A stretch of DNA of 64,000 nucleotides from Dicyema japonicum (lineage: Eukaryota > Animalia > Dicyemida), in assembly GCA_011109175.1 (NCBI GenBank), contig RDEW01000054.1, positions 185,382 to 249,381 of the forward strand. Direction: 5' to 3'. Each line of letters opens with the position of its first letter. Positions within the stretch are counted from its first letter, which is position 1. This document shows, one piece after another, positions 12,986 through 24,779 of this stretch. Made by a program: the position numbers and the translations under genes. The notes beneath the pieces are model-generated. The model worked only from the letters and a program-made list of their open reading frames with translations, did not search any database and had not been told where the DNA came from.

Positions 12986-13859
12986 AAGAAATATGATGAA
13001 AGCTACTCTCATATGGGTTTTCTCAGAATGGATCTGAGACATCAAAGATCATTTGTGATTTTGGACGATAACATTGCAAAATATTTCCGGGTAAATTTGA
13101 TGACGATTGGGTTTAAAATCCATTCAAAGTAATATTAGCAAATCTAACATCAATTGAATATGAACATCTTATTGACATCAGAATCAACGTCAAATCAGAT
13201 ATATGAAATGAATCCCTTTTTAATTTTTGGAGAGCATACATTTCAAAATATCCAGATATCTCAGAAAAGGCTATACGTAAACTATTTTTTGCCAACGACT
13301 TACTTATGCGAGTCGGTGTTTTCAATATATATCTACCAAAACAAAATATAGAAATAAACTTAATGCTTCCGTTGATATGAGGATACAGTTGTCAACAATA
13401 ACTCCTAACGTTACACAACTATGCTATGATAAAAAATTACCTCAATGTTTACATTAACATTGTTTTTGGTTATTACTATTATGTTATAATTGAAATTGTA
13501 ATAATTGATTTGGAAGGATTCCGCAAAAAATAAATTAGCCCAAAAGGGTTCAGCGAGCACCTTAAGGTTAAAACTGCTATAACCTATTGAGTAACTATTT
13601 ATCATTACTATTTGTATATGCATATTTGGTAAATCCAAATTTGACATACGAATCAGACCAATTACGCTTTTTAGAATCGGGCATGATAACGTGATACAAC
13701 TAATTTTAATTAATTTTTATAAGTATAATTTTATTGATTTTTAATTGACTCCACCTCCGCGGCAAAAGAGCGGTTACGTCAAATAATGTTGTAGCCTGGG
13801 AAGGGAGTGGAGGAAGACAGTCTTGTTTCTTGAAGTAGGCAAATATCTGTGTCCTGTTT

Positions 13860-14285
13860 TTTCAGAAGGTCTCTGAGCTCCAAGACCTTCCCTTTATTCC
13901 GTTAATGTTTAGTTTTAAGAGGACGAGAGCTTTTGGTGGACCGGGATCTGGTTTATATTTCAGAAGAGCATCAACAGGGCTTCGACCAAGTTGGGTGAAG
14001 CAGGCCAAGGCTCCATCCACCTTAGGGATCTCCAAATTTCCGTTTCGCATAATAAACTATATCAGACACCCATCCAACTTCAGAGACACAATTAACATCT
14101 TCAATGATGGCTGAATGGAAAAAAATTGGTTGGGGCAGCATGATTACCAACATTCTGACTTTCGACAATAAGATTTCCCCAGAGACGACTGTCCTGCCTC
14201 CATCGTACTATTCTGCTATTTGATTTTTCAGGAAGGCTCCTGGGATTTGTTTTATTTTTTCCAGCTGAAGCGTACATGCACCACA
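13860..14285 (-). mobile_element. Vingi-like LINE 5' fragment with decayed 2A and APE start, head-to-head with SPAG6
   Basis: Minus-strand ...CCCGGTCCACCAAAAGCTCTCGTCCTCTTAAAACTAAACATTAACGGA = PGPPKALVLLKLNING, compared with PGPKPLVIMQLNANG at 51788. Confidence 0.7.
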
Positions 14286-14382
14286 CCACGTCAAAATATA
14301 TTAGTCTTTTTCTGTAAATAAATACTTTATTTTCTTTTTTTATTTATGCAAACATTATTTAACCATCAAAAATTAATATTTA

Positions 14383-14396
14383 GTTTCCATAACGAT
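14383..14396 (+). promoter_or_regulatory. X-box-like element GTTTCCATAACGAT abutting the SPAG6 ATG
   Basis: One mismatch to the relaxed RFX consensus half-site RRHRAC, and immediately upstream of a ciliary gene. Confidence 0.35.
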
Positions 14397-16200
14397 ATGG
14401 CGAACAGGCAAATATTTAATGGTTTTATTATTAAATGTATTTAAAAGTTTTTGAAACTTATCAAAAATCGAGAACCCAATTTGTTCAGACAATTGCTGAA
14501 CTTTCATCTCGCGAACAAAATATAGAAATTTTACAAAAAGCAGGAGTCATGTCATTATTAAAACCACTTCTTCTTGATGTTATCCCAACAATTCAGCAAA
14601 CAGCGGCTTTGGCGTTAGGGAGACTAGCAAATCATAACTCAGAATTAGCAAAAGCTTTAGTTAATGAAGACATTCTGATACAGCTTGTTAATTCTATATC
14701 TCAACAAAATGTATTTTATATACTATATTTAATTTAAACAATTAAAGCCTTTTATTATATTCTCACTTATTAGAGATTCTACAAAAAAGCGGCAGCTTTT
14801 GTTTTACGAGCTGTTTCTAAGCACTCTCCTGAATTTTAGCAAGAGAAGTCGTTAAATCAGGAGCTTTAGAAGCTTTAATAATTTGCCTTGAAGAATTTGA
14901 TCCCAGTGTGAAAGAAGCCGCTTGTTGGGCCCTTGGATATATTGCACGTCACACAAATGGTAATAATATAATAAATTCATTTTTTAGATCTTGCTCAATC
15001 TGTTGTTGAAGTTGGTGCAGTTCCACTGCTTATTTTATGTATTCAAGAACCTGAAACATCTTTAAAAAAAATTGCATGCAGTTCTATTAGTGACATTGCA
15101 AAGCATTCACTTGAGCTAGCTCAAACTGTAGTAGACGCTGGAGCAATTGCGCATTTGGCACAACTTGTACTTAATCCAGATTCTGCTCTTAAAGTTAACA
15201 TTGAAATAACATTTATAGAGACAAGTATTTTCAGCGCTCAGTCAATTAGCTAAGCATTCTGTTGATTTGACAGAAATGGTTGTCGAGTCAGAAATATTTC
15301 CTTCAGCATACATAAATCTTAAAGATCGGGATCAACAGGTTATTAAAAATACTGCCACGTTAATGCGAGAAATAGTTAAACATACCCCTGAAGTAGTTTA
15401 ATTTGATAATTCCATAGCTGTCACAACTTATAATAAATTCAGGAGGTGTTGGTGCTATTGTAGATTACTTAGCTTCTACGAAAGGAGCTATCAGACTTCC
15501 TGGAATAATGCTTATTGGTTATGTTGCAACACATTCAGAAAATTTGGCAACTGGAGTTATACTTGCTAAGGTTAATTCATAATTTTAATAGAAAGGGTGT
15601 CGTACAACTTGCAATTTGCATATCAGAAGAAAGCGAAGATTATTTGAAAGCTGCAGCTTGTTGGTCATTGGGACAAATTGGAAAGCATACTCCAGAACAT
15701 GCAAAAACCATTGCTATGTCTAATGTATTGCCCAAATTATTAAATTGTTATCTTTCAAACTTATCCAGTGAAGATTTAAAAGCAAAGGTATAATTTTTGA
15801 ATCAACAAATAAGGCTAAAAGAGCACTAAAAATTATATTACAAAAATGTGTCCATTTGCCTGCACTTGAACAACTGTTGTATGATGCACCATCAAGTATA
15901 TTAAAGCACGTAATTGGGCAATTCAGTAAAGTAATTATAAATTTAATATAAAATAGGTGTTGCCCCATGATCCAAAAGCGAGAACAATGTTTGTAAGTAG
16001 CGGAGGCCTTAAAAAAATGCAGGAGATTCAGCCGGCGCCAGGATCAGCATTGTCAGAATATATTAACACTATAAATGCATGCTTTCCAGAGGAAGTAGTA
16101 AGGTTACTTTATAACTTTTATTTAAATTAGATATTATTCTCCTGGTTATTCACAAACATTACTACAACGGGTCGAACAATATCAGCCAATTATTAACTAA
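14397..16200 (+). CDS. SPAG6: Sperm-associated antigen 6 / PF16 (axonemal central-pair armadillo-repeat protein), 9 exons, one frame break at 14834-14839
   Basis: MANRQIFNVFETYQKSRTQFVQTIAEL...SQQN|RFYKKAAAFVLRAVSKHSPE...VLPHDPKARTMFVSSGGLKK...RYYSPGYSQTLLQRVEQYQP. Introns of 26, 63, 28, 26, 25, 25, 26, 26 and 28 nt. Confidence 0.95.
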
Positions 16201-17029
16201 GTAACATAAACTAATAAGTAACAACAAATAATAAATTTATTGTTATTAACATTAAATTGTAATCATTCTTTAGTTTTTCATGTTTTGAACATTCTCATTT
16301 TACTTTTCTTTGGAATTTTTCATTTATTCAATAAAATATGTCAAATAAAAAACGTAAATAACATCAAAAATACTCCTCGATAGTATTATGAAAGATTATA
16401 GACTAGATAATTAGTGGTTTAAAAAACACAGTTCTCCAATTCTTACTTCCAATTAAATAAATGAATTAGCGCTTAACACACTTTATTACCAACAAAAAGT
16501 GTATTAGTTTTCGCAATTGAGTTCCACTTGCTCTCATTCCAATTTTAATTCGTTCCAACAATTGCTTTACAGATCATTCATTGATCCTGTAAGGGGCCCA
16601 AAAGTACGTGCATTTATGCAACTTAAGTTATTATTATGTAAGTAAACACTGGTAATTAAGTTTAGTTAAAGTAATATGAAATGGCAGTGCTTGTTATGTT
16701 AAAGGTGGTTCTTTACTTCAAGTAAAAAAAAGATCATCCTGCTTCTAGGAAAATAGAAAAAAATGATTACATTTCGAATGAGTGTCCAAGTTTCTAAGTA
16801 TAACTTCAAATAAAAAAGACACGATACACACGTTAATTAAAGGTTTTGATTATGAATGATTATGGTACCGACCCAAATCTCCTTGAAAAATTTGAACAAA
16901 CACGTGAAAAAAACGAGAATTACCAAAAAGTTGGCACATAATTGGGCAGAAGTAATTAATAAAGATGGTAAAAGACGAGTTAGTATGAAAAGTTAGATTT
17001 CATGTAGCGATAATATCTAATAGTTTACA

Positions 17030-17615
17030 AATTATTAAATGAATGCGTCCGTATTGGGATCTCATTACGACTGGGATTCTGTGTTTCACATCCGTGCCGA
17101 TGCGGAGACCAGATCGACTGTTTGGATTACACCCTCTCTCCTTCAGGAAAGTGCAGGTAGATTTCCCAGACACATGACCTTGAACAAAATCGTTAGGATA
17201 GATTTGGACGCCGCCGGACACCATCCCCCCCATGCTCGAACCAATCGGTCTTTGCAGGCGGGACCGGAAACAACCAGATGGGATGACAATCTTCCCTTTT
17301 GAAGCCGGTAAACCTTTTATCTGGGAAGTCAACTACAGCGAAACGTTTGGCTCTTGCAACCTACTCCAGAGTGCCTCTGGATCCTGTTCTGCCGCTAAGA
17401 AGGGCGAGAAGTTGAAACGGGAAAAGTATACGGTCCTATCCAAGGATTTTTTGTTTGTCCCACTCGCCATTGAGACTTATGGTTTCCTTGCGGCTGCGAT
17501 GAAGATATTTTTGAGTCGTTTAGGGAATCGGATAGCTAAATGATCAGAAGATCCTCGTGAGCGCTGCTAGTTATTTGAGCGAATCTCGCTCGCCATCCAA
17601 TGAGGGAATAGCAAA
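17030..17615 (+). mobile_element. CRE-like RLE non-LTR retrotransposon 3' fragment (continues at ~20917-20960 beyond the nested Vingi)
   Basis: SAGRFPRHMTLNKIV...LEPIGLCRRDRKQPDGMTIFPFEAGKPFIW...FVPLAIETYG...ERISLAIQ (restriction-like endonuclease region). Confidence 0.75.
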
Positions 17616-18194
17616 CAGTCAGGGCTTAGTTAGTTAAGTAACCCCAGCCTCACTAACTTGTAGGAGGCCAGCAGCTATTAAGTAGTACCCAGCAGATGTT
17701 GGTCGTTCCCATAGATCGGTCAGTTCCGGCATTGTGGAGAATTGTTGTGCCAATTCATGACATTGAAATAGGTGATGTGTTGTCAGCATGTGGAGGTTGC
17801 AAAAGGGGCAGAGTACATCATATGTTGGTAGATATCGGTGGTGCCCACATCGTAGACGAGCCAGGTTTACTCGCACGTCCCTTGAAAGAGAGGATTCTGA
17901 TTGGTCTATTGGAGGAGGGGGTCGCTGTAATATTTTATTGTTTCCGAGTCTTTGGATGCTTCTTGTAGAAACAAAACCGTGTATCTGTTTCAGATTACTC
18001 CTGTCATTGGGGATGGAAGGAATGGATGATAACATTCGAGACAGGACACTGGTTGACATAATAATTTTCCTTTTGTTTTGCGGCTTGCATAGGGAGTGGC
18101 GGGGATGTTCTAGACTGTAGGCTTGGGAGAGAACTGCAGGGATCTCATTTCCAGATGGTCTCCAATTGGAAGAATCTTTGACTCCCAATGTAGA

Positions 18195-18310
18195 TAGCAA
18201 ATCATAATTCAGAATTAGCAAAAGCTTTAGTTAATGAAGACATTCTGATACAGCTTGTTAATTCTATATCTCAACAAAATGTATTTTATATACTATAATT
18301 AATTTAAACA
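18195..18310 (+). other. 116-bp copy of SPAG6 exon 2/intron 2 (source 14625-14740) inserted inside the LINE
   Basis: Identical to 14625-14740 except two substitutions. The sibling copy at ~24140-24170 lacks it. Confidence 0.95.
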
Positions 18311-20833
18311 GGGGTTGATCTGAGACATCCAGTAATTATCCTGAACGCGATGTTTTGTACTTTTTGTAGTTTGTCAATAGAAGTAAGAGAGGCAGAGGTT
18401 GACCAGCAAGGGCTTGCATAGTTAATAGTTGTTCGAATGAATTGTTTATATATGATGGTTAGGGCTTCTTTGCTTTGGCCAAAGGAATGACCTGACACAG
18501 CTTCAAGTATGTTGATCTTGTGAGATGCTTTTGTACATTGTTCCTCCACATGTTTAGAGAAAGTTAGTAGTTGGTCCTAAATAACTCCAAGTATTTTTGG
18601 GATGTTTAGTAACGGTGAGTGGTTGTCCATGAATTTTTGAAATTGGTTGAAAATTTAGTTGGCGGCGGTTGGACGTGAATACAGTGACGGTGGATTTCGA
18701 TGGAGAGGGGGATAGGTGGTTTGCTCCAAGCCACTCTTCAAGAGTGTTCAAGTGGATCTAAACATCATTCGTTGCTACGTTAACGTCTATATCTTTAGAG
18801 GCAACAATCATGTCATCCGCATACAATAGTAGAAGTGTCTTGGAATTGATTGGAATGTCGCTTAGGTGTAAGTTGAATAAGGTGGGTGATAAAACGGAGC
18901 CTTGGGGAACTCCATTTGGAAGAAGTCTGTAATGAGATAGACATGATATAATTTCAGCTCGACCAATTCTTCCAGAGAGGAAATTTGTTAACCAATTCTG
19001 TAAACGTGGAGGAATTCCAGATACAAGAATTTTGTTACTTAGCACGCGCCTTGATGTTCAATCGAACGCCTTGGTTAGGTCGATCGATGCGAGGATAGTC
19101 CGTTTGGGAGAATTATAATTGTTAAAACCATCAGCGATATATTGAGTTAGGGTAGAGAGATGTGTTAATGTTGAGTATTTGGACGAAAGCCATGTTGAAA
19201 ATCAGAAAAGGGAAGATACTTCGATAGTAGTTTCAGTACAACACGTTCAACAATTTTCGATACTACAGATAGTAGTGAAATTGGTCTGAAAGATCCCGGA
19301 TCCGAAGGATCTTTCTTGGGCTTCAGGATTGGGATTATTTTGGATTTTGTCCATAGTGCAGGAATTCTGCAAGTGTTTATGAACACAGAAATTATGTCTG
19401 TTATTGCTTTGAGTCCTTACGTTCTCAGGTGCTTTAAATGCAGATTCCATCAAGCCCTTTGGCAGGATAGCTTTTTGGCGTTTTTGATGAGTTTTTTCGA
19501 CATCCGACGTACTGATTTCAATCGGTTTTCCTTGAGGAGTTTGAACGTTTTTCAATTTGCATGGATGAGAGCATTTGTTCATATCTATGTGACTCACTTT
19601 TGCGTAGTGGTCCATTATGACATATGCCTGATGAGTGAAATCACGTTGTGTTTAATTCTTGTCAATACTGGTGGCGTGGGTTGTTTGTCTCCATTCTATT
19701 TTGTTTAGACTGAATTCCACGTAAAATGCCCCCAAAATCCTTTAGTTTTGTTCGCTGGTTAATTTTTGTGATGAAATTGTTCCAACGGTCCAATTTCCTC
19801 TTGTTGATTAATTCTGTAATTTCGCTATTAAGGTTGGATAGTTCGGCCGTATAAATTCTTGATTTTTTGAGTCGACGTATTGTATGAATCTTTTCGATAA
19901 TTTCCTTAGTGAAATTGGGATTATAGTCTGCAATGAGTCCTCTTGGAATGTATTTCTTGTCGGCACTGAGGATGACCTCATTAAAAAATTTCATTGCGGC
20001 GTCAAGCGATTTGAAATTCTCAACGGAAAAGTCGGATAGAAATTTTTCTGTTTCTTCTCTGAATGAATCCCATTTTGCACGTTTGTAATTCGTTATAGTT
20101 TTCCGATGCCTAACAATAGGCGAGAGTAGTTCGATTGACAGTAGAATTGGATTATGGTCCGAGTGTAGGTCATTAGAGTGTCCAGGTCTGGAAGTTGTTC
20201 GAGTGTGTGATTTCCTGTCATTGAGGATAAATAATTGTTCAAGTTGAGAGAGGACCTGAAACCCCCTCTCATTACTCTTTTGGCCGATTAGATCTTTTGC
20301 ATTTATGTCTCCGCAAATTATCACATTTTCAATCTTTTGCAATTCGGTTAGTTTTGGGGAGTAATGTTTCATACTGGGACTTGGTGGCGGGATGTAAATA
20401 TTTACAAATGTATACCTTGTGTGGTTTATTTTCATTAAGACGGAAGTAAGTTCGATGTGATCGTCATCTTCAAACAGAGCTTGTGTCTGAGCGGAAGTAT
20501 CCGAGAATGGAATAGATTTGTGTATGAGCATAAGAACACCGCCTCCTCTGTTTGAATTCGGTCGATCACGGCGGACAATTGTGTAGTTTTTGTAGTGTGA
20601 TATCAATTTTGTGGTAAGTTAGAAATGCAAAAAGTTCATTTGATTTGTGTGTGAGACCGTTTATGTTGAATTGCATGATATTAAGGAATTTCCCGTTTTT
20701 ATGGGGCCCGGGGTTCTGTTCGATGTCCCCAGCTAGGATTAGGAGTAGCCGATCCGATCTTTGGGAGCGAAAGCTACGCGCCCGCTCAATAGCCGCCATC
20801 ATCCAGTCCGAAAAGGTTGACAGGAGAATAGTA

Positions 20834-20906
20834 GTGGTTCTTTAAGTTGCCAGTTTGATATTGGCATCCAATTTTCTCCACGTGAAAGTGAACCACATCG
20901 AAAATT
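20834..20906 (-). ncRNA. Candidate HDV-like self-cleaving ribozyme at the exact 5' end of the LINE
   Basis: P1 AATTTTC/GAAAATT, P2 GTGGTTC/GAACCAC, P3 ACT/GGA (one mismatch), L3 TTCACGT, J1/4 GG, P4 TGCCA/TGGCA, J4/2 ACTTAAA. P1 starts at the TSD junction. Confidence 0.7.
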
Positions 20907-21035
20907 CAGTCAGGGCAACCGCTATATGGTCATTTACTCTCTTTTCTTTACCAAATAATAATTTAATTAAAAAAATATAATTTAGTAAAATTTAAATTTT
21001 ATAGTTAAATAATTAATTGAAATTTGATTTCAACT

Positions 21036-23349
21036 TTACCAATCTTCATTGTCGCTAGTATCTAAAAATGATAGTAGACTAATTACCCGAAGAATTTAAA
21101 TTAGCTTTTCTTTCATTAAGTGCATTCATAATAGATATCATAATTCCATGAGGTTCGTTACAAACTTCTTTTTGGTCAGTTTTTGATTTCTAACAGATAA
21201 AAAAATTTCATACAGGTAATGGACGGAGTTTTGCACCAGTTCTGATTTCACTCAATAGATTCACTTCATTAACAAATATTTTTACCGGGTTTCTTTACTT
21301 TACATTCAGAAGGCTTTTGTTTTAGATTATCACCTATATTTTTAAGTTCGAATTTATTATTTTGAATTTGACTCAAAAGATCACCTTAATTTATTTTATC
21401 AATAAATTACCACGTGGAGATTCTTTCTTGGCTACTGATTGTGAGATTGTTGACTGAAATATTCATTTAGAAAAAAACCTCATGTTTTAAATCTTTAACA
21501 TCATGAATATTCCTATTATCGAATCTTATGTCTTCCGTAGGAACTTGGAAATTACCTTAAAAGGTAAAATTAGATACTTTTATTTTTATTTAAGATTTCA
21601 GTTTTATGGATATCTAAAGTGCTATTTTTTGGAGAAATAAAACTTGAATTTACGCTATTCATATATGGATGAGACATATTCGAATCTATAATTTTATTGA
21701 TTTTTAATACCACGAGAAATTTCTGATAATAATTTATTTCTATCATGCGATTGCGGACAGTTTTCATAATTATTAGATTTGTTGGTATTTAACGTTGCGT
21801 TTAAATTTGGATTAACTAGTTTAGTAAAATTTATTTCATGAGTAAATATTAAATAATAATCAAAAAGTAAATATTAAATAATAATCAAATAAATATTAAA
21901 TAATAATCACATAATTTCCACAATGAAAAATTAAAATTACATGTTATATTTGATGATGTATTAATTTCAATTTTTTTCGCTCGGTCAAGATTAGAAATTT
22001 CTGATTGTAAGTTCTAAAAAAATTTGATGGGGAACATTTAACCAGATTATTTGATGGCAATTCAGAAAAATTTGTACAAGAATTTTTAATTTCTAAAAAG
22101 TAAAAATAAATAAGATCTTACCAGGTTGAAAAGTATTAAGGATTTCATAATTTTCATTCTCGTTTAGTACATTTTTGCTAGAATTAAAGTTAATATTATT
22201 AATGTTTTGAAAAAGATATCTAAATAAAAATATTAAAAATACTTAGTATTAGCTTGATATTCTTGATTTTTTTGAAAATGGTCATTTATTGGTGGTTGTG
22301 GTGTTTCTTTATTAATTGTAGTCGCTTTAAAAACAAATAAAAAAATACTTTTCTTAAGTTCACTAAAATCAAAAGCATTGATATTTTTAGAATTTCCTTT
22401 ACATTCAGAAATTTTACGTATGAAGGTCGACATGTTTCTAGGATCATTTATTTGCTCAGATGAAAGTCCAATTTCTTCTAATTTTGTTTTGGTTTGATCG
22501 TCAAGAATAATTCCCTTTGATTTTATAATTATAATGATTACTGATTTGCCACAATGTAACATAACGCGAAAGTCCTTAGGATCGGAAATTGACAAGTTTT
22601 CAAAATTTATTTTACCTAAGAAAGTTAGTTATCACTAAAATAACTTTTTTTCTTTTTCAAAAAAGCTGTGTTTTTTTCCGATTTTTGTTTGGAATCTATA
22701 TAATTAATTAAAAAAAACCTTTACAAATATTTATTTCCGCTTTTTCAACTTTACAAAAGTCTTATTATAAAATATCAAAATTTATAATTTAAATAATATA
22801 ACAAAAAATACCTTTTTGATTATTGATAAATTCTAATTTGTTTTTTACATTTTTGAATAAAATTGAAGCATCATTATCAAATGCAAAGTTGAGGCCGACA
22901 ATTGAATCCTAAATAAATAAATAATTTAAAAATGGCAATTAAAACTGCAATTAATAACTATTCGAGCTTTTGGAAATAAGTAAAACCTAATTACCTTTGT
23001 TTCAAACGAGTGGAGATATTTTGATTGATCAACATATGGCATATTGCAGTAAAGATCTTGTTTAAAACTCAAGGATTTCTATTAATATGATAAAATAATA
23101 TAACCGATTTGAAATCAAAAAAAACCAAAACAAATGTTTTAGCGATATGATTTTTTACCAAACAAATAATCCCAGTTCCTCCAAACTTCCATAAATGGGA
23201 ATTTTTGTTGTCAACAAAATAAATTTGTGAAGCTGTAGAGTATACAATCTAAATGTTACATTCATATTTACCTCTCTTCCACGACCTAAGCAATATATTA
23301 TTTGACGATTTTCTTCATTTGAAATTATTGGACTCAAGTAATGATTCAT
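21036..23349 (-). CDS. WASL: WASP/N-WASP-like actin nucleation-promoting factor (WH1, basic, CRIB, WH2 x2-3, central, acidic) without a polyproline region
   Basis: WH1: SPIISNEENRQIIYCLG...DSIVGLNFAFD. Basic plus CRIB: KKKKSKINFENLSISDPKDFRVMLHCG. WH2: GDLLSQIQNNKFELK and NLLSEIRTGAKLRPL. C-terminus: GIMISIMNALNERKANLNSSDTSDNEDW*. Confidence 0.85.
21840..21910. repeat. Three tandem copies of TAAATATTAAATAATAATCA inside an expanded (~120 nt) WASP intron
   Basis: Seen directly in the sequence. Confidence 0.85.
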
Positions 23350-23516
23350 GCTGTATTACTCTGATAAAATTGCTAAAGATTAAGAAATCAGTGAAATTTA
23401 AAAAAGATTAACGGATATATGAATACACACAACAAATAAAAGTGAAATACATTTTTTGAATTTATTAATAATATTAAAAAATAAATAGTTTAAATAATAA
23501 AATTTATTATTTTTTA

Positions 23517-24745
23517 TGTCTATCTCACTACCGACTCCTTCCAAATGTAGTTCCCCAAGGCTCCGTTTTGTCACCTACCTTATTCAACTTGCATCTAAGC
23601 GACATTCCAATCAATTCCAAAAAACTTCTATTGTATGCGGATGACCTGATTATTACCTCTAAAGACATAGATAGACGTTAACGAAGCAAAGAAAGATGTT
23701 CAGTACAACTTGAAACTCTTGAAGAGTGGCTTGGAGCACACAACCTATCTCCATCGAAATCCACCGTCACTATATTCACGTCCAACTGCCGTCAACTAAA
23801 TTTTCAACCAATTTTAACAATTCATGGACAAACACTCATCGCTACGAAACATCCCAAAATACTTGGAGTTATTTATGACCAACTACTAACTTTCTCTAAA
23901 CATGTGGGGGAGCAATGTACAAAGGTTTCTCGCAAGATCAACATACTTAAAGCTGTGTCAGGCCATTCCTTCGGCCAAAGCAAAGAAGAAGCCCTAACCA
24001 TCATATATTAACAATTCATTCGAACAACTATTAACTATGCAAGTCGTTGCTGGTCAACCTCTGACACTCTCTTACTTCTATTGACAAACTACAAAAAGTA
24101 CAAAGCATTGCTCCAGGACAATTACTAGATGTCTCAGATCAACTCCTGTTGATCATCTACATTGGGAGTCAAAGATCCTCCCAATTTGTGCCCATCTGGA
24201 AATGAGAGCCCTGCAGTTCCTCTCCCAAGCCTACAGTCTAGAACATCCCTGCCACTCCCTATGCAAGCCGCAAAACAAAAGGAAAATTATTATGACCAGT
24301 GTCCTGTCTCGAATGTTATCATCCATTCCTTCCATCCCCAATGACGAGTCGTCTGAAACAGATACACGATTTTGTTTCTACGAGAAGCATCCAAAGACTC
24401 GGAGACAATAAAATAAATACTACAGCGACCCCCTTCTCCAATAGACCAATCAGAATCCTCTCTTTCAAGGGACGTGCGAGTAAACCTGGCTCGTCTACGA
24501 TGTGGGCACCACCCATGTCTACAAACATAAGATATCCTCTGTCCCTTTTGCAACTTCCACATGCTGACAACAAATCACCTATTTCATTGTCATGAATTGG
24601 CACTACGTTCCTCTACAATAGCGGGACTGACCGATCTATAGAAGCGACCAACATCTGCTGCGTCCTACTTGATATCTGCTGGCCTCCTACAAGTTAGTGA
24701 GGCTGGGGTTACTTAACTAATTTAAATTACTAACTAACTAACAAT
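23517..24745 (+). mobile_element. 5'-truncated Vingi-like LINE, same subfamily as 17626-20906
   Basis: High nucleotide similarity to the reverse complement of 17630-18950. Ends GCTGGGGTTACTTAA followed by an (ACTA)n tail. Confidence 0.9.
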
Positions 24746-24779
24746 AGTGTCTATGTGTGCTTTCTTTGAATTAATGAAC

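Larger units (their letters stand above)
12314..13576 (+). mobile_element. Internally deleted hAT (Buster-like) element with TSD CTATAACC, carrying nested Vingi-like pieces
   Basis: Left end CAGTGGTTCCCAACCTGGGGTCCGCGG; CTATAACC at 12307-12314 and 13577-13584; C-terminal dimerisation-like region YPDISEKAIRKL..PTTYLCESVFS..KYRNKLN at ~13030-13420. Confidence 0.85.
17626..20906 (-). mobile_element. Full-length but frameshifted Vingi/Ingi-like LINE: HDV-like leader, 2A, APE, RT, CCHC finger, (CTAA)n tail, 10-bp TSD
   Basis: TSD CAGTCAGGGC at 17616-17625 and 20907-20916. Motifs LLLILAGDIEQNPGP, ICGDINAK, SDHNPI, FRPISLLS, NGVPQGSVLSP, YADD and CPFCNLHMLTTHHLFQC. The ORF ends EAGVT*. Confidence 0.92.

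Noticed and set aside
16590-17000. BED-finger/hAT transposase remnant
   Set aside because: Only a WQCLLC-like snippet with many stops; no TIR or TSD found.
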